Origin: an uncultured delta proteobacterium
GTDB taxonomy: Bacteria > Desulfobacterota > Desulfobacteria > Desulfobacterales > Desulfatirhabdiaceae
Length of the DNA stretch: 64,000 nt
Direction: 5' to 3'
Assembly (NCBI GenBank): GCA_963789395.1
Contig: CAWBKP010000024.1
Coordinates: 256,001-320,000 of the forward strand
Part shown: positions 1 to 14,189 of the stretch, piece by piece
How the letters are laid out: each line of letters starts with the position of its first letter
How positions within the stretch are numbered: position 1 is the stretch's first letter
Made by a program: the position numbers and the translations under genes
The notes under the pieces: model-generated
Database searches by the model: none
Told to the model about the DNA's origin: nothing
Seen by the model: the letters and a program-made list of their open reading frames with translations, nothing else

Positions 1-264
1 TAACAAATAACATCACGATTCTTCCAGGAAATTCGGACGACATTAAAAAACAAATCTGATGGGTCCCTGCATCTGGCTTTAAACTGACCAAAAGTTCTGA
101 TTTTTTTTAATAGTAACCACACAAGTTGACGGAAGCAATATAATTCTGTTCTTGACGCTGCAACTTTTCTGCATCATAGAATAATGTGGCAGCAAAAAAA
201 TAGAGATACTGAAAAAAATATTGTTGAAAAAATCAAGAACAGGAATTGTGTGAATCGGCCATAA

Positions 265-2835
<2,571 letters not shown>

Positions 2836-3064
2836 TTATCCTCTGATCGAAAAAATTATTATACGCAGCAAATAATGGGTCGAGCAAGGAAGATGTATAA
2901 TTCAGGATAAATATGACTGATTTTGCGGAGGCTTTTTTCGAAATGCTTCTTTCCTGCCCGAGGCTCCGTTACTGCTTGAGCGCCGCGCGGACAAAAGTTT
3001 GCGATCCGGTCCTCTGGACGGTTAACCGCTTACCGTAAAAATAACACGACAGGAGGTTGTTTAG

Positions 3065-4309
3065 ATGAAAACTGAAGAGCACAGTTTAAATGCCTTAATA
3101 GAACAAATACCCAGTCCGGTTTTTATAAAAAATCAGGATGGCAAATATACCGGGTGTAATCAGGCCTTTTCATCTCTAACAGGAATTGCACGGGATCAGA
3201 TTGTCGGCAAAACCGTTTTTGATGTCATCGATAGAGAAATGGCTGAAAAAAGTCACCGTAACGATCTGGAACTACTGAAAAACGGAACCCGGCAGCGGTT
3301 CATATGGAGATTGAACTTATCGGACGGGGAAAGCCGGGATGTCATATTCGAAAATGGGGCTCTACAGGACGATAAAGGCAGGATAACCGGTATTATCGGC
3401 GTGCTTTCGGACATCACGGAGCTGCAAAAGGCTGAAAACGCACTCAACGAAAGCAACGAACGGCTTGAAACCTTGTTGTTCATGCTTCCGGTGGGGATTA
3501 TCCTGATCGATTACGAAACCAGGCTCATCATGGAAATGAACCCCTATGCTGTAATGATTCTGGGGTATGCCAAGGAGCAGGTCGTCGGCCGGAAATGTCA
3601 TGAGTGCATCTGTCCGATAACCGCCGGATCCTGCCCTATTCAAGACCCTGAAATGGAGATCGACCGATCGGAAGGGCAGCTGATTCATGCATCCGGGGAG
3701 CGAATTCCAGTTTTTAAGTCTGCAATTACGATGAAATTCGATGGTAAAACCGTCATTGTTGAATGTTTCCAGGATATCAGCGACATTAAAAAACTTGAAG
3801 AGCAGTTGAAGGATCTGGCGCGAACCGATTACTTGACCGGTCTTTTCAACAGAATGTTTTTTTATGACAGAGCCCAACAGGAGCTGTTCCGATCCTTCAG
3901 ATACCAAAGAAATCTTTCCGTCATTGCTTTTGATATCGACTATTTCAAGAGAGTAAATGATCAGTTCGGACACCCTGCCGGGGATGCGGTGCTGCGCAGG
4001 ATCAGCGGTATCTGCAGGGATGTTTTTCGCCAAACCGATATCATCGGGCGTCTCGGAGGGGAAGAATTCGGTATAATTCTGATAGAGTGCAATCTGCAGC
4101 ACGCGGAAATCGCAGCGGAACGGTTGCGGCAACGGGTGGCATCGGAGATTTTCGAGTATGATAAAATCGCTATCCGCTGTACGATCAGCCTGGGGATTAC
4201 CGCGCGCTCAGAAAATACTGATGATGTGGATTCCCTGATGAAACGGGCGGACAACGAACTGTACCGCGCAAAAAACTCAGGGCGGAACTGTATTTGTAAA
4301 AGTGAATGA
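3065..4309 (+). CDS. PAS-PAS-GGDEF diguanylate cyclase
   Basis: Two PAS-like segments, then TDYLTGLFNR, FDIDYFKRVNDQFGHPAGD, RLGGEEF and AKNSGRN. AGGAGG upstream. Confidence 0.95.
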   Translation: MKTEEHSLNALIEQIPSPVFIKNQDGKYTGCNQAFSSLTGIARDQIVGKTVFDVIDREMAEKSHRNDLELLKNGTRQRFIWRLNLSDGESRDVIFENGALQDDKGRITGIIGVLSDITELQKAENALNESNERLETLLFMLPVGIILIDYETRLIMEMNPYAVMILGYAKEQVVGRKCHECICPITAGSCPIQDPEMEIDRSEGQLIHASGERIPVFKSAITMKFDGKTVIVECFQDISDIKKLEEQLKDLARTDYLTGLFNRMFFYDRAQQELFRSFRYQRNLSVIAFDIDYFKRVNDQFGHPAGDAVLRRISGICRDVFRQTDIIGRLGGEEFGIILIECNLQHAEIAAERLRQRVASEIFEYDKIAIRCTISLGITARSENTDDVDSLMKRADNELYRAKNSGRNCICKSE

Positions 4310-4492
4310 AGGCCTGCTGGCAAGGCGTCAGAGACATTGTGACGTTATGCGTTCAGGCCGCTTGTGACAATCTTATTGTTAAGCCTTTTGAAAAAGACAT
4401 CGTAGCAAAGAAACTTGCGGAACTTGGAATGGTTACTTGACTGGACACCGTGCCGAACCTGAAACATACCCATGGAAGGGGTTACGTCCGAT

Positions 4493-7400
4493 TCATATCA
4501 TCCGTTCGATTTCGTCGAAGGTTTTTTCAATGCGCTTGAGGGAAACCGGAAAAGCGGTTTTCAGTTCCTGGGCGTAAACAGAAACCTTGTATTCCTCGAT
4601 CATCCAGAAGAGATCCGAAATCGCCTGCTGCTTCTTTTCCGTTGCATGCGGAGAAAGCTGTTCCTGAAGTGTCTGATGCCTGTCTGAGAGGATCCGAAGT
4701 TCACGGCTCTTTATCTGATCTTTGTCAAAATCCAGCCAGGCCCGCTGGGCACGGATCGCAACGGCCCGAATGTAGCGGATCAGGTGGGGGAATCGCTCGT
4801 CATCATACTGTGTCATGAAATCTTCCGGCACCAGCGTGCGGAGCTGTTCTTTCAGCGCAAGCCAGAAGTGTTTTGCGACGGTATTGGCTGCATTATTTCG
4901 GATCAGGCCGTCGATCGCGTTGACTGCTTCTGACAGGGCTTCAAGGACTTCCAGGCTGCCGTCCAGGAGTTTTTTGGCAAAGGACGCCATGTCCGGAAAC
5001 GTTTTTTCCGTATGGGTGATGAATTCACTCCTGGATCGGATGTTTTTCGAAAACAGCCGAATTACCACCGCACGATAAAGCGTATTCTGGAGTTTTTTTA
5101 CCCCGCCCCATTTTTCAGCCAGATTGACACGATGCCTGGGAATTGTCAGATATTTCTGAAGAAATTTCATTTCCCTGGCGTAAACGATTTCAACCAGTCC
5201 GGCTACGCCCCGGCAGTGGGCCTGAAGCCCCTGGCCGGGGTCTTCAAAGAGACGAAGACTGACACTGCCGTTGACCGGATTTTTGACAAAAGCGGGAAAG
5301 AGCGTCCAGGTGGCCCCGGCATCTCCCGGGATCGTTATGGCATCCGGAAGCTCCGCAGAATTCCATTCCGTGACGGAGGATCGTTCCCAGTTTTTTCTGG
5401 CCAGATCAAGCGCAGCAGGAGTGATGCGCTGCGGCGCAAGATGTTCCAGAACAGACAAATCTCTGCTGCTGCATATTACCTTGCCTTCGGGACTGGTAAT
5501 GGCGATGCGCATTTTAAGATAATCCGGCAGTGCTTCTTCTGACCAGGCCGAGGCCGGAATATTGATGCCAAAACGATGGTAGATGAACCGGCTGAGCGTG
5601 GTTGCCAGATTTTCGATCTCGCGGGGCATTTCCGTGACAAGAATGTCAACGGTGCGGGAGATGGGAACCAGTTTTTTCCGGTGGATCTTGGGAAGGGCCT
5701 TTAACAGGGCGCCGATTTTTTCCTTCAGAAGCCCGGGGACCATCCAGTCGAGCGATTCTTTGGGAATAACCGGCGCTGCAGAAGACGGAATCTGCACGGT
5801 GATTCCGTCTTCTGCAGCGCCGGGATCAAAACTGTACAGACACGAAAATTGATTGCCACCCAACGCGACCTTGTCCGGATACAGCGCCAGTTCCTCGGCG
5901 TCCGGAGCATACCGCAGCAAATCATCCTGCTTCATGCACAGAAATCCGTCCTCTCCCGTATCTTTCAGAAATTTCTGAAACGTCCGGATATCATAAATTG
6001 ATTCCGGAATCCGGCGGCGGTAGAAATCATAGAGATCCGCTTCACCGACGAGCAGGTCTTTGCGCCGGAACCGGTTCTCCATATCCTGAATTTCTGCAAT
6101 CAGATTGCGGTTGCGGGCCATGAACGCAAACGGCTTTTTGACGTCGCCTTCCACCAGGGCGCTTTGGACAAATATATTTGATGCTGCCACAGGATCGATC
6201 CGGCCATAGCATACCGGCCGCTGGCTGACGATAATCAGGCCAAAGAGGCTGACCTGCTCGAGCGCCACGACTTCCCCTCGGCTTCGTTCCCAGTGCGCCT
6301 GGCTCCACGTGTAGCGGCAAAGGGGCTTTCCCAGTTCTTCAAGCCACCTGGCATCAATACCTGCGACAACCCGGGCAAAAAGACGCGAGGTTTCCACCAT
6401 TTCCGCTGCAACAATCCAGTTGCCGGCCTTGTTGAAAATGCCTGAGCCCGGGAAAATCATGACTTCACGATCCCGCGCGGCTTTGAAGATGTTTTTTTCT
6501 TTTTTCAGGGCGATGTTGGAAAGAAATCCGCTGAGAATCGAGCGGTGGATGGCGCGGTAACGGTCCGTGAAATCCTCTCCTGGCCCTCGCTTTTACAAAG
6601 GGGGGAGGAATCTGTCCTGTCTGTATTGAAATGGGGGCTTCCATCCGTTTCAGAAGAAATGATTTTAAATTCTCTGGCAATTTCAGAAAGCTGGAAGTGG
6701 ATGTCCCGCCATTCCCGCATCCGTTTAAACGAGAGAAAATGGCGGGTGCAGAACCGTTTCAACCCGCCGGTGGATTGATCTGTTTCCCGGAGTTGGTGGT
6801 AATGGTTCCAGATGTTTAACAGAGCGATAAAATCCGATGACGGGTCGCTGAAAAGCCGGTGCATGGCATCGGCCTGCTGAGCCTTTTCAGCGGGTCTTTC
6901 CCGGGGATCCTGAATACACAGCGCAGCTATGATGACGGCAATCTCCGGAACGCACCCCTCAGTCCGGGACTGAAGCAGAATCCGGGAAAGCCGGGGATCT
7001 ACCGGGATTCTGGACATCATCCGACCCTGCTCGGTCAGCATAAACGGATGATCCGAAGATCCGCTCTTTACGGCCTTCGATTTTTCACTGTCACGTGATT
7101 TCGCAGTCTTGTCGTCCGTCTTTTGAATGGCGCCAAGTTCGGTCAGCAGGTCAAAACCATCCGAGATGCTGCGGGAATCGGGTTGGTCAATAAACGGAAA
7201 ATCCGTGATGGAGCCCAGTTTCAAGGCCATCATTCTCAAGATGACTTCCGCCAGGTTGGATCTGAGGATTTCCGGACGGGTAAACTGGGGCCGGGACAGA
7301 TAATCTTCTTCGGAATAGAGGCGGATGCAGATGCCGTTTTCCATGCGGCCGCAGCGGCCTTTTCGCTGATCCGCGCTGCTCCTGCTGATGGCCCGGACCT

Positions 7401-8442
7401 GAAGGGATGTGGTCCGGGACCGGGGGGTGTACTGGGAAATCCGGGCAAGGCCGGCATCGATCACATACTTTACTCCGGGAATGGTCAGGGAGGTTTCGGC
7501 GATGTTGGTGGCGACGATGATTTTCCGGCCTGGGGCAGGCAAAAACGCACGGGCCTGATCCCTGGCGGAAAGTCTGGCATACAGGGGAAGAGCGGTAACA
7601 TGCTGCAGGTTTCTGCCATCAATCAACTCGCAGGTTTCCCGGATATCCTGCTCGGTGGGCATGAAAATGAGCACATCACCGAAAGGCTCCTGCCGACAGA
7701 GCCGCTCCAGGGCCTGTACCGCCAGTTCGACAGGGGTTGGCTCATCGTCCGAATCGGATGGCGCATCCGGCGGCAGGTAGCGGACTTCGACCGGGTACAT
7801 GCGTCCGGACACCTCGATTACCGGCGCCCCGTCAAAAGCCCTGGAGAACTTTTCCGTGTCGATGGTGGCGGAGGTGATAATCAGTTTCAGGTCGTTTCTC
7901 TTCCGGAGCAGGGTTTTGGCAATTCCCAGGATAAAATCAATGTTCAAGCTGCGTTCGTGGGCTTCATCCACGATGAGGGTGTCGTAACGCTTCAGAAAAG
8001 GATCATTAAGGGTCTCAGCCAGCAGGATGCCATCGGTCATGATCTTGATGATCGACTGGCGACTGGTCCGATCGGTAAAGCGGATTTTGTACCCGACACT
8101 CCGGCCGAGGGTCTCGCCCAGCTCTTCTGCGATGCGGGTTGCCACGGTCATGGCAGCGATGCGTCGCGGCTGGGTGCAGCCGATTACACCGTTAAGCCCC
8201 CGGCCGGCATCCAGACAGAATTTGGGAAGCTGTGTGGTTTTGCCGGAGCCGGTTTCACCGGAAACGATTACGACCGGGTGATCGGAAATGGCCTGGATGA
8301 TTTCGTCTTTTTTGTCAATAATGGGAAGGGCAGGGTCGTAAACACGGTTGGGAAGACTTGCTCCGACAGGTCCAGTCCGGTACGGACCGGGCGTTGGATC
8401 AATAGAGGGATGGTGCAGAGGATTTCTAAAACGCGGATGCAT
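4493..8442 (-). CDS. hrpA: ATP-dependent RNA helicase HrpA; one frameshift near 6570-6610
   Basis: GETGSGKTTQLP, TQPRRIAA, DEAHERS, SAT and QRKGRCGR in 6505-8442. The shifted frame continues RYRAIHRSILSGFLSNIA into 4493-6460, which carries the HrpA C-terminus (WMVPGLL, WMIEEYKVSVYAQEL). Confidence 0.93.
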
Positions 8443-8571
8443 TGCCTGGAAAGGGGATCATCATGATGTAAACAAAGGGGGCCGGAGTCATGGCCATGTT
8501 CTCATTTCCCCCTTGGAGAAAAAGGGGGAGGACAGATCTTTAAGGGAACGGATCGAATCACGACCTGGCAA

Positions 8572-10290
8572 TTATGCGGATTCCGAATTGCTCGGGGAAT
8601 CCGAGGATGCCGGTTCATCCGGACCAGCGGCCGGACTCTTTTTCTTGTTGTATCGGCGGCGCCTGCGTTTCTTTTTAACGGGAGCGGGTTCAGCGGATTC
8701 GGCCGGCGGCGGTTCTTTCGGCAAATTCAGAGAATCATCTGTGCGGTTCTCTTCTGAGGGTGCCGGAGCGCATTCTGGAACATCAGACTGGGGCGTTTCC
8801 TCAAAATCCATGATATCATCGTCTTCAAGCGGCTCGGAAGCTGATGCTGAAAAATCGAACCCTTCGGGCGGTTCCGGGGCAAAGCCGAAAAAAGTTCCCG
8901 GAAAATAATTTTCTCCCCGGGGAATGGTGAATTTAAAGGCGGGCATTTCTTTTCTGCGGTCGGACCGATCGATGCGATCACCACGGTCGCTGCCGCGTTT
9001 GGGTGCGGCAGCGCGCGGCTTTCTTTCAGGCTTGCGCGCTCTGTCCTGGGAATAGCGGTTTCGGGGGACAGGCCCGGCTTTGTCTTCCTTGAACCAGTCG
9101 TCTTCGGGCCATACCACGGGAATCTTTGCATTCAGGAGGGATTCCAGCGGTTCCAGATGAAAGACGTAGGCTTCACAGGCAAAGGCAATGGATTTGCCGG
9201 TTTTTCCGGCTCTTGCGGTGCGGCCGATGCGATGGACATAATTTTCCGGGTCCTGGGGAAGATCGAAATTGATGACATGGCTGATATCCTCCACATGGAT
9301 ACCCCGGGAAGCCACATCTGTTGCAATCAGCATCTTGATCTTTCCTTCCTTGAACTGCTCCATCAGCTTGAATCGCTTCTGCTGGGGCAGATCGCCGGTA
9401 ATTCCCTCAGCCGGCCACCCGTTTCCCTTGAGTTTGGCCGATAGCCATTCGACACCGGACTTGGTGTTTACGAAAATCAGGATGCGTTCCCAGGTCTCTC
9501 TTTCCAGAAGTCCGAGAAGCAGGGACAATTTCTGATCGGAGCCAACGTGAATAAGGGACTGTTCGATGCCGTCAACCGCGACCTCCTCGGGAGTAATGGA
9601 AATAAATTCCGGAAGGTTCATGTACTCATAGGTCAGTTCCATCACGCGGAAAGACAGGGTTGCGGAAAAAAGCAGTGACTGGCGCTTGTCGTAACGGGGC
9701 AGTTTTTGAAGGATAAATCGCATGTCCTTGGAAAAGCCAAGATCCAGAAGCCGGTCCGCCTCATCGATCACAATGATTTTAACGCCGCTGGTTTTGAAGA
9801 TGCCCTGCTTGAAATAATCAATGATTCTTCCGGGCGTGCAGATGACGATATCGACGCCGCTTCGCAGAATATCCGCCTGTTTTTGATAATCCACGCCGCC
9901 GACCACCTGGGCGATTGAAAGACCCGTATATTTACCGATGAGGACGGCTTCCTCATAAATCTGAAGTGCCAGTTCGCGGGTAGGAGAGACGATCAGAGCG
10001 CCGGGCTGGCCGGGGACTTTGGGTTCTTCCGTCAGAAGGCGGGTGAATACGGTTACCAGAAAGGCAGCGGTTTTTCCGGTTCCGGTCTGTGCCTGTCCCG
10101 CCACATCTTTTCCGGAAAGGGAAAGGGGCAATGTCTGGGCCTGAATCGGGGTGCACTGGATAAATCCCGCCTCTGCCAGTCCTTTCAGGACAAGTTCAGG
10201 CAGATTCAGGTCGTCAAAATAGGTTTGGGTAAGAAATTTCGGCTTGTCCGCCCGGGGTTCGGAAACGGGTTCATCAAGTATGTCTGTCAT
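8572..10290 (-). CDS. DEAD-box RNA helicase, RhlB-like, with a charged low-complexity tail
   Basis: Motifs CTPIQAQ, AQTGTGKT, PTRELA, DEAD, SAT and HRIGRTAR. Confidence 0.93.
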   Translation of the reverse strand: MTDILDEPVSEPRADKPKFLTQTYFDDLNLPELVLKGLAEAGFIQCTPIQAQTLPLSLSGKDVAGQAQTGTGKTAAFLVTVFTRLLTEEPKVPGQPGALIVSPTRELALQIYEEAVLIGKYTGLSIAQVVGGVDYQKQADILRSGVDIVICTPGRIIDYFKQGIFKTSGVKIIVIDEADRLLDLGFSKDMRFILQKLPRYDKRQSLLFSATLSFRVMELTYEYMNLPEFISITPEEVAVDGIEQSLIHVGSDQKLSLLLGLLERETWERILIFVNTKSGVEWLSAKLKGNGWPAEGITGDLPQQKRFKLMEQFKEGKIKMLIATDVASRGIHVEDISHVINFDLPQDPENYVHRIGRTARAGKTGKSIAFACEAYVFHLEPLESLLNAKIPVVWPEDDWFKEDKAGPVPRNRYSQDRARKPERKPRAAAPKRGSDRGDRIDRSDRRKEMPAFKFTIPRGENYFPGTFFGFAPEPPEGFDFSASASEPLEDDDIMDFEETPQSDVPECAPAPSEENRTDDSLNLPKEPPPAESAEPAPVKKKRRRRRYNKKKSPAAGPDEPASSDSPSNSESA

Positions 10291-10521
10291 TCATTATCCT
10301 TATCGAAGATCTTTCTTTATGAGGGGTTTTAGGAAAATAGACCCCTGATATCTATTTGATATAATGGCGTTCCAGTACCATCATCATGCATTTTATGGTA
10401 TGATCCATTTTTTTGTATTGTTTTTTCACACAGCATACTCTTTTTTGTGAAATTTTCAAGCATTGATGAACTTGCAACCTGTCGTGGAATTGAAGAAAGA
10501 CGCAAATGCTTAGAAATTTCT

Positions 10522-10550
10522 CGTCATTTCGGGCTCAACCCGGAATCCAG
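10522..10550. repeat. Degenerate REP-like palindromic unit
   Basis: CGTCATTTCGGGCTCAACCCGGAATCCAG has the same CGTCA...TCCAG frame and inner hairpin as the units at 38103-38173. Confidence 0.5.
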
Positions 10551-10651
10551 TGAAAATAGCCATAATGCTTTTTTATTCCAGATTTCCGGATTCGGGCATC
10601 CGCCGCATTGACATGCAATCTGCGTTTATACGGGAAGAAGCAGACGGGTTT

Positions 10652-12112
10652 TTACTTTGTTTTTGCCTGATCAAGCGCCTGTTGCAGTTTGTCTCCAAGG
10701 GTTCCAACGGAACGGGAAGATTTCTGGGGAGAATACTGCTGCCAGTTATCGTCTTCCGGTGCATCCAGCCTCAGGGTGATTCTCCTTTCATCCGGCTTGA
10801 TCTCATCAATCACAACTGTCAGGGCACGGCCCGGTTTCAGGGATTCAACTGCGGCGGATTGTCCGGAGGCCCGGATTCTGTTAAGCGGCAGGCTCCCGAC
10901 AATGCCAGGCTCCAGGGTGATGACATACCCCCATTTTTCGCGTTTTTGAATCATGCCTTCCAGTGTCTGGCCGGCCTTGAATTTTTCGGGAACATCCATC
11001 CACGGGTCTCCTTCGGCATCCTTGATGCTGAGGGAAACGCGCTTTTTCAACACATCGATTTCCTTGATCAGGACATAGACATCCTCTCCCGGTCGAAGAA
11101 AATCTTCCGGCCGGTTGACCCGCTGGGTATAGCTGATTTCGGAAAGGTGAACCAGCCCGTCGATGCCGGGCGCAAGTTCCACGAAAGCCCCGAAAGGCGC
11201 AAGCCGTGTTATCCTTCCCTTTACCCGATCGCCTGCATGAAATAGCTCGTTGATATGGTCCCAGGGATTATCCAGGACCTGTTTGACGGACAGGGCGATC
11301 TTCGGATCACCTTCCGGTCTGGGCTGAATCGTGGTGACGACCACCTGTAGCGTATCATCGATTTTCAGGACGTCCTCTGGTTTTTCAATGTGCGACCAGC
11401 TGATTTCCGATATCGGCACCAGGCCCGACAACCCGGGTATCAGTTCGACGAACGCGCCGTAAGGCATGATTCTGGAGACCTTGCCGGCGCAGACTGCTCC
11501 TACGGAAAGTTTTTCCAGATAGTCCGCTTTTTTGATCTCCATGTCCTGTTGTAACAAGGCACGCCTGGAAACAACGATATTCTTGCCCCGCTCTTCAAAC
11601 TGAAGGATCAGAAAATCAAAGGATTGACCGATGAAGGATTCCGGATTGTCAATATAGGACAGATCCATCTGGCTGACGGGACAAAAGGCGCGGGTATGAT
11701 GAATGTCCACATGAAATCCGCCCTTGCACGTTTCGATGACTTTTCCGTTTACCGGAATCGCGTTATGATAGGCGTCATTGAGCACGGTGTTGTCTCCAGA
11801 TCCGGATATGGCTTTTGACAGCAGGATTTCATCCTCTTTGGATGAAACCACGTAAAGCGAAACAACATCCCCGACGGCGTAAAGAAACTCCCCCTTGGCA
11901 TCGAGCAGATCCGCCCTGTTGGCCACCCCGTCAATCTGGGTTCCGGTGTCCAGAAAAACGGTATCTTTTCCAATTGAAATGATCCGGCAGGCTATTTTCT
12001 GGCCAACCTCTATATTTCGGGTGATTTTAGAGCTGTAAGACTCGAGCATGTCCGCAAAACTGGGTTCGCCGTCTTCCGGCGCTGGGGGGTCTTCTTCAGA
12101 AAAGGATGACAT
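10652..12112 (-). CDS. rpsA: 30S ribosomal protein S1-family protein (about 486 aa, probable second S1 paralog)
   Basis: Repeated S1 domains (YGAFVEL..GLSGLVPISEISW, FGAFVEL..GIDGLVHLSEISY) and a C-terminal GTLGDKL. Start placed at ATG 12112. Confidence 0.88.
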   Translation of the reverse strand: MSSFSEEDPPAPEDGEPSFADMLESYSSKITRNIEVGQKIACRIISIGKDTVFLDTGTQIDGVANRADLLDAKGEFLYAVGDVVSLYVVSSKEDEILLSKAISGSGDNTVLNDAYHNAIPVNGKVIETCKGGFHVDIHHTRAFCPVSQMDLSYIDNPESFIGQSFDFLILQFEERGKNIVVSRRALLQQDMEIKKADYLEKLSVGAVCAGKVSRIMPYGAFVELIPGLSGLVPISEISWSHIEKPEDVLKIDDTLQVVVTTIQPRPEGDPKIALSVKQVLDNPWDHINELFHAGDRVKGRITRLAPFGAFVELAPGIDGLVHLSEISYTQRVNRPEDFLRPGEDVYVLIKEIDVLKKRVSLSIKDAEGDPWMDVPEKFKAGQTLEGMIQKREKWGYVITLEPGIVGSLPLNRIRASGQSAAVESLKPGRALTVVIDEIKPDERRITLRLDAPEDDNWQQYSPQKSSRSVGTLGDKLQQALDQAKTK

Positions 12113-12341
12113 CTTATCGTTTTCCTCATATTCGTTTAATTGAATGGGTGACTGACAGCGGGCTTGCGCAAACCGATCTTGGCATAACCAGCCGGGCAGG
12201 TTGCCGGCTTTGTTAAAGTACGCCATCTAAGTTGAAATTATCGGAACTATCAGACAAAACAGGCAAGTTGTCAATCTTTTACAGCAGCACAGTAAAAACA
12301 CAGGAAAGGGCAGGACCGGTGCAGCGTTGTCAGATGGGTAT

Positions 12342-14072
12342 TTATGACGATATCGCTTTACACGCTACCCATTGTGCACTGACTGCGTGAGGGGTGTCTG
12401 CATTGGCTTTGGCACGTGACAGAGACAGCGCAGCAGGGTTTTTTTCATAAAAAGTATCCGGCTCATACATCCAGCCGGCTGCCAGACGTTTTTCTTCTTT
12501 TTTAAGCGAGAAATTGAGATATCGACCTATCAGGGGCGCGCTGATTCTGGACTTCCATCCAAACGCGGCATACAGATCAGATAAAAGCGAATTCAGTCGA
12601 CTGGCCATCTCATGGTTTTCTCCATACCATTTTCGCATCGCCCAGACTGCGGCGGCCGAGGAAACGCCCAGGGACTGGGCCTCCCATAAAAAACGGTTCC
12701 GGATACGCGGGTTGGAATGATTTTTATGTCGCTGCCAGCCGGTCAACTGGGTTCGTATCAGGCGAGCCAGACTGGGTCCGTTGACTTTGAAATCCTGGAT
12801 GAAGGCTTCCCTGAGAAAGGTTTCTTCCTCTCCGCCTGGAATATGCGGGTGCCGGAAATTGAACCGGTACTGTCCGTGGGCGTCGGCATGGGGGAATTCA
12901 GCAGGATCGATAAGCGTTTTCTCCGCTTTATGCTTTTCATACAGCGCTGTGCCGGAATTGGGTGTATACAGCATGAATTGGTGAAAATCGGTTCCATGAC
13001 TGACAGCGTGGTCAATTATCCGGGGCATGTCTTCCGGCCGGTGATGTTCCATGCCGATGATGGAAGATCCGAGCACCCGGATGCCGTGAGACTGCAACGT
13101 CCGGACCAGGGATCGGGTATCGATGTTTTTGAGCTTCTGATACTGGCTTTGTTCCCCTTCAAGTCCCATCCACACCCAAGATATGCCGAGTCCGATGAGC
13201 TGCTCCATGCTGTATGACCGTAAAACGCGGGCAGAGCTGAACACATACAGTGCCCAGCCTTTGTTATGCAGTTCCATTAATTCGAGCAGCCGCAGCGCCC
13301 GGCGGCGATGCAACAGGAAATTCTCATCCATGACAAAGAACGACTGGATTCTGAGCCGTTTTTCAAGCTCGCACATTACATTGAACAGTTCGTCTCCGGT
13401 TTCATAGAAATTGACAAATTTTCCTTTGCCGCCAAAAAGCGCCGAGGTCGAGCAGAAATTACATCCGACAGGACATCCCACCGAAGGCAGCAGCATGGCG
13501 GCGGTGCTACCGGGCTTTTCCTTCAGCGTCATTCCCATGATGCGTGTCCCGTATCCCGAATACGACAGCGGATGACGAACCGGGGCGTGGACATCCTGGC
13601 CGAGAAAGGCCCTGAACCAGGCGACCCCGTCTCCCTTGACGATATGGTCGGCATCGACCATATCACAAATGGCCTCCAGATTCGCCACGTGGCCGCCGAC
13701 AACCAGGGCGGCCCGGGGTTGATGTCGCCGCACCAGCTCGCACATCCGGATGATTTTGCCGACATTCGGAATAATCCCGCTGATGCCGATGATGTCATAG
13801 GTATTTTGCGTGATTTCCTCGATAAAGCGGTCCTGGGTCGGAAAATCTAGCAGGGTGCAGGGCGCATCGATATTGTTCTGAATGAGCATCAAGCCGAAAC
13901 TGCGATGAAACATGCGAAGGGAAAGTGCACCCTGAAAACGGGTCACCTGATTATGATAGAGTTCCATCGGGTTGATTTTTCGGCTGCCGAATGCGTCATC
14001 CTGGGCGTAAGGGCCGAAAACGCTGGACAAAAGAACCCTGGCCCTTGTTTCCAGTGGGTGTGTCGTCGCCAT
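12342..14072 (-). CDS. B12-binding domain radical SAM protein
   Basis: VVGGH and DHIVKGDG cobalamin-binding-type region, CPVGCNFC radical SAM motif, MDENF and WMGLE. Confidence 0.88.
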   Translation of the reverse strand: MATTHPLETRARVLLSSVFGPYAQDDAFGSRKINPMELYHNQVTRFQGALSLRMFHRSFGLMLIQNNIDAPCTLLDFPTQDRFIEEITQNTYDIIGISGIIPNVGKIIRMCELVRRHQPRAALVVGGHVANLEAICDMVDADHIVKGDGVAWFRAFLGQDVHAPVRHPLSYSGYGTRIMGMTLKEKPGSTAAMLLPSVGCPVGCNFCSTSALFGGKGKFVNFYETGDELFNVMCELEKRLRIQSFFVMDENFLLHRRRALRLLELMELHNKGWALYVFSSARVLRSYSMEQLIGLGISWVWMGLEGEQSQYQKLKNIDTRSLVRTLQSHGIRVLGSSIIGMEHHRPEDMPRIIDHAVSHGTDFHQFMLYTPNSGTALYEKHKAEKTLIDPAEFPHADAHGQYRFNFRHPHIPGGEEETFLREAFIQDFKVNGPSLARLIRTQLTGWQRHKNHSNPRIRNRFLWEAQSLGVSSAAAVWAMRKWYGENHEMASRLNSLLSDLYAAFGWKSRISAPLIGRYLNFSLKKEEKRLAAGWMYEPDTFYEKNPAALSLSRAKANADTPHAVSAQWVACKAISS

Positions 14073-14189
14073 GATGTGTCTCCTTGTTTGCGGTTGACCG
14101 TACTCTGGGAGACATCATTGTAACCCAAAAGAGCTGAGCAGGATAGACGACATGCGGTTTATTACAATGATATTACAAAGCTAAAAATA

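Noticed and set aside
2880..3060. c-di-GMP riboswitch in the leader of the diguanylate cyclase
   Set aside because: I could not find the class I consensus elements by eye. An Infernal/Rfam scan would be needed to exclude it fully.
7123..8466. Long antisense or alternate-frame ORFs (for example 7123-8466, 16402-17295, 41657-42796, 43265-44158, 61841-62797)
   Set aside because: They shadow conserved genes on the opposite strand and contain no recognisable motifs.
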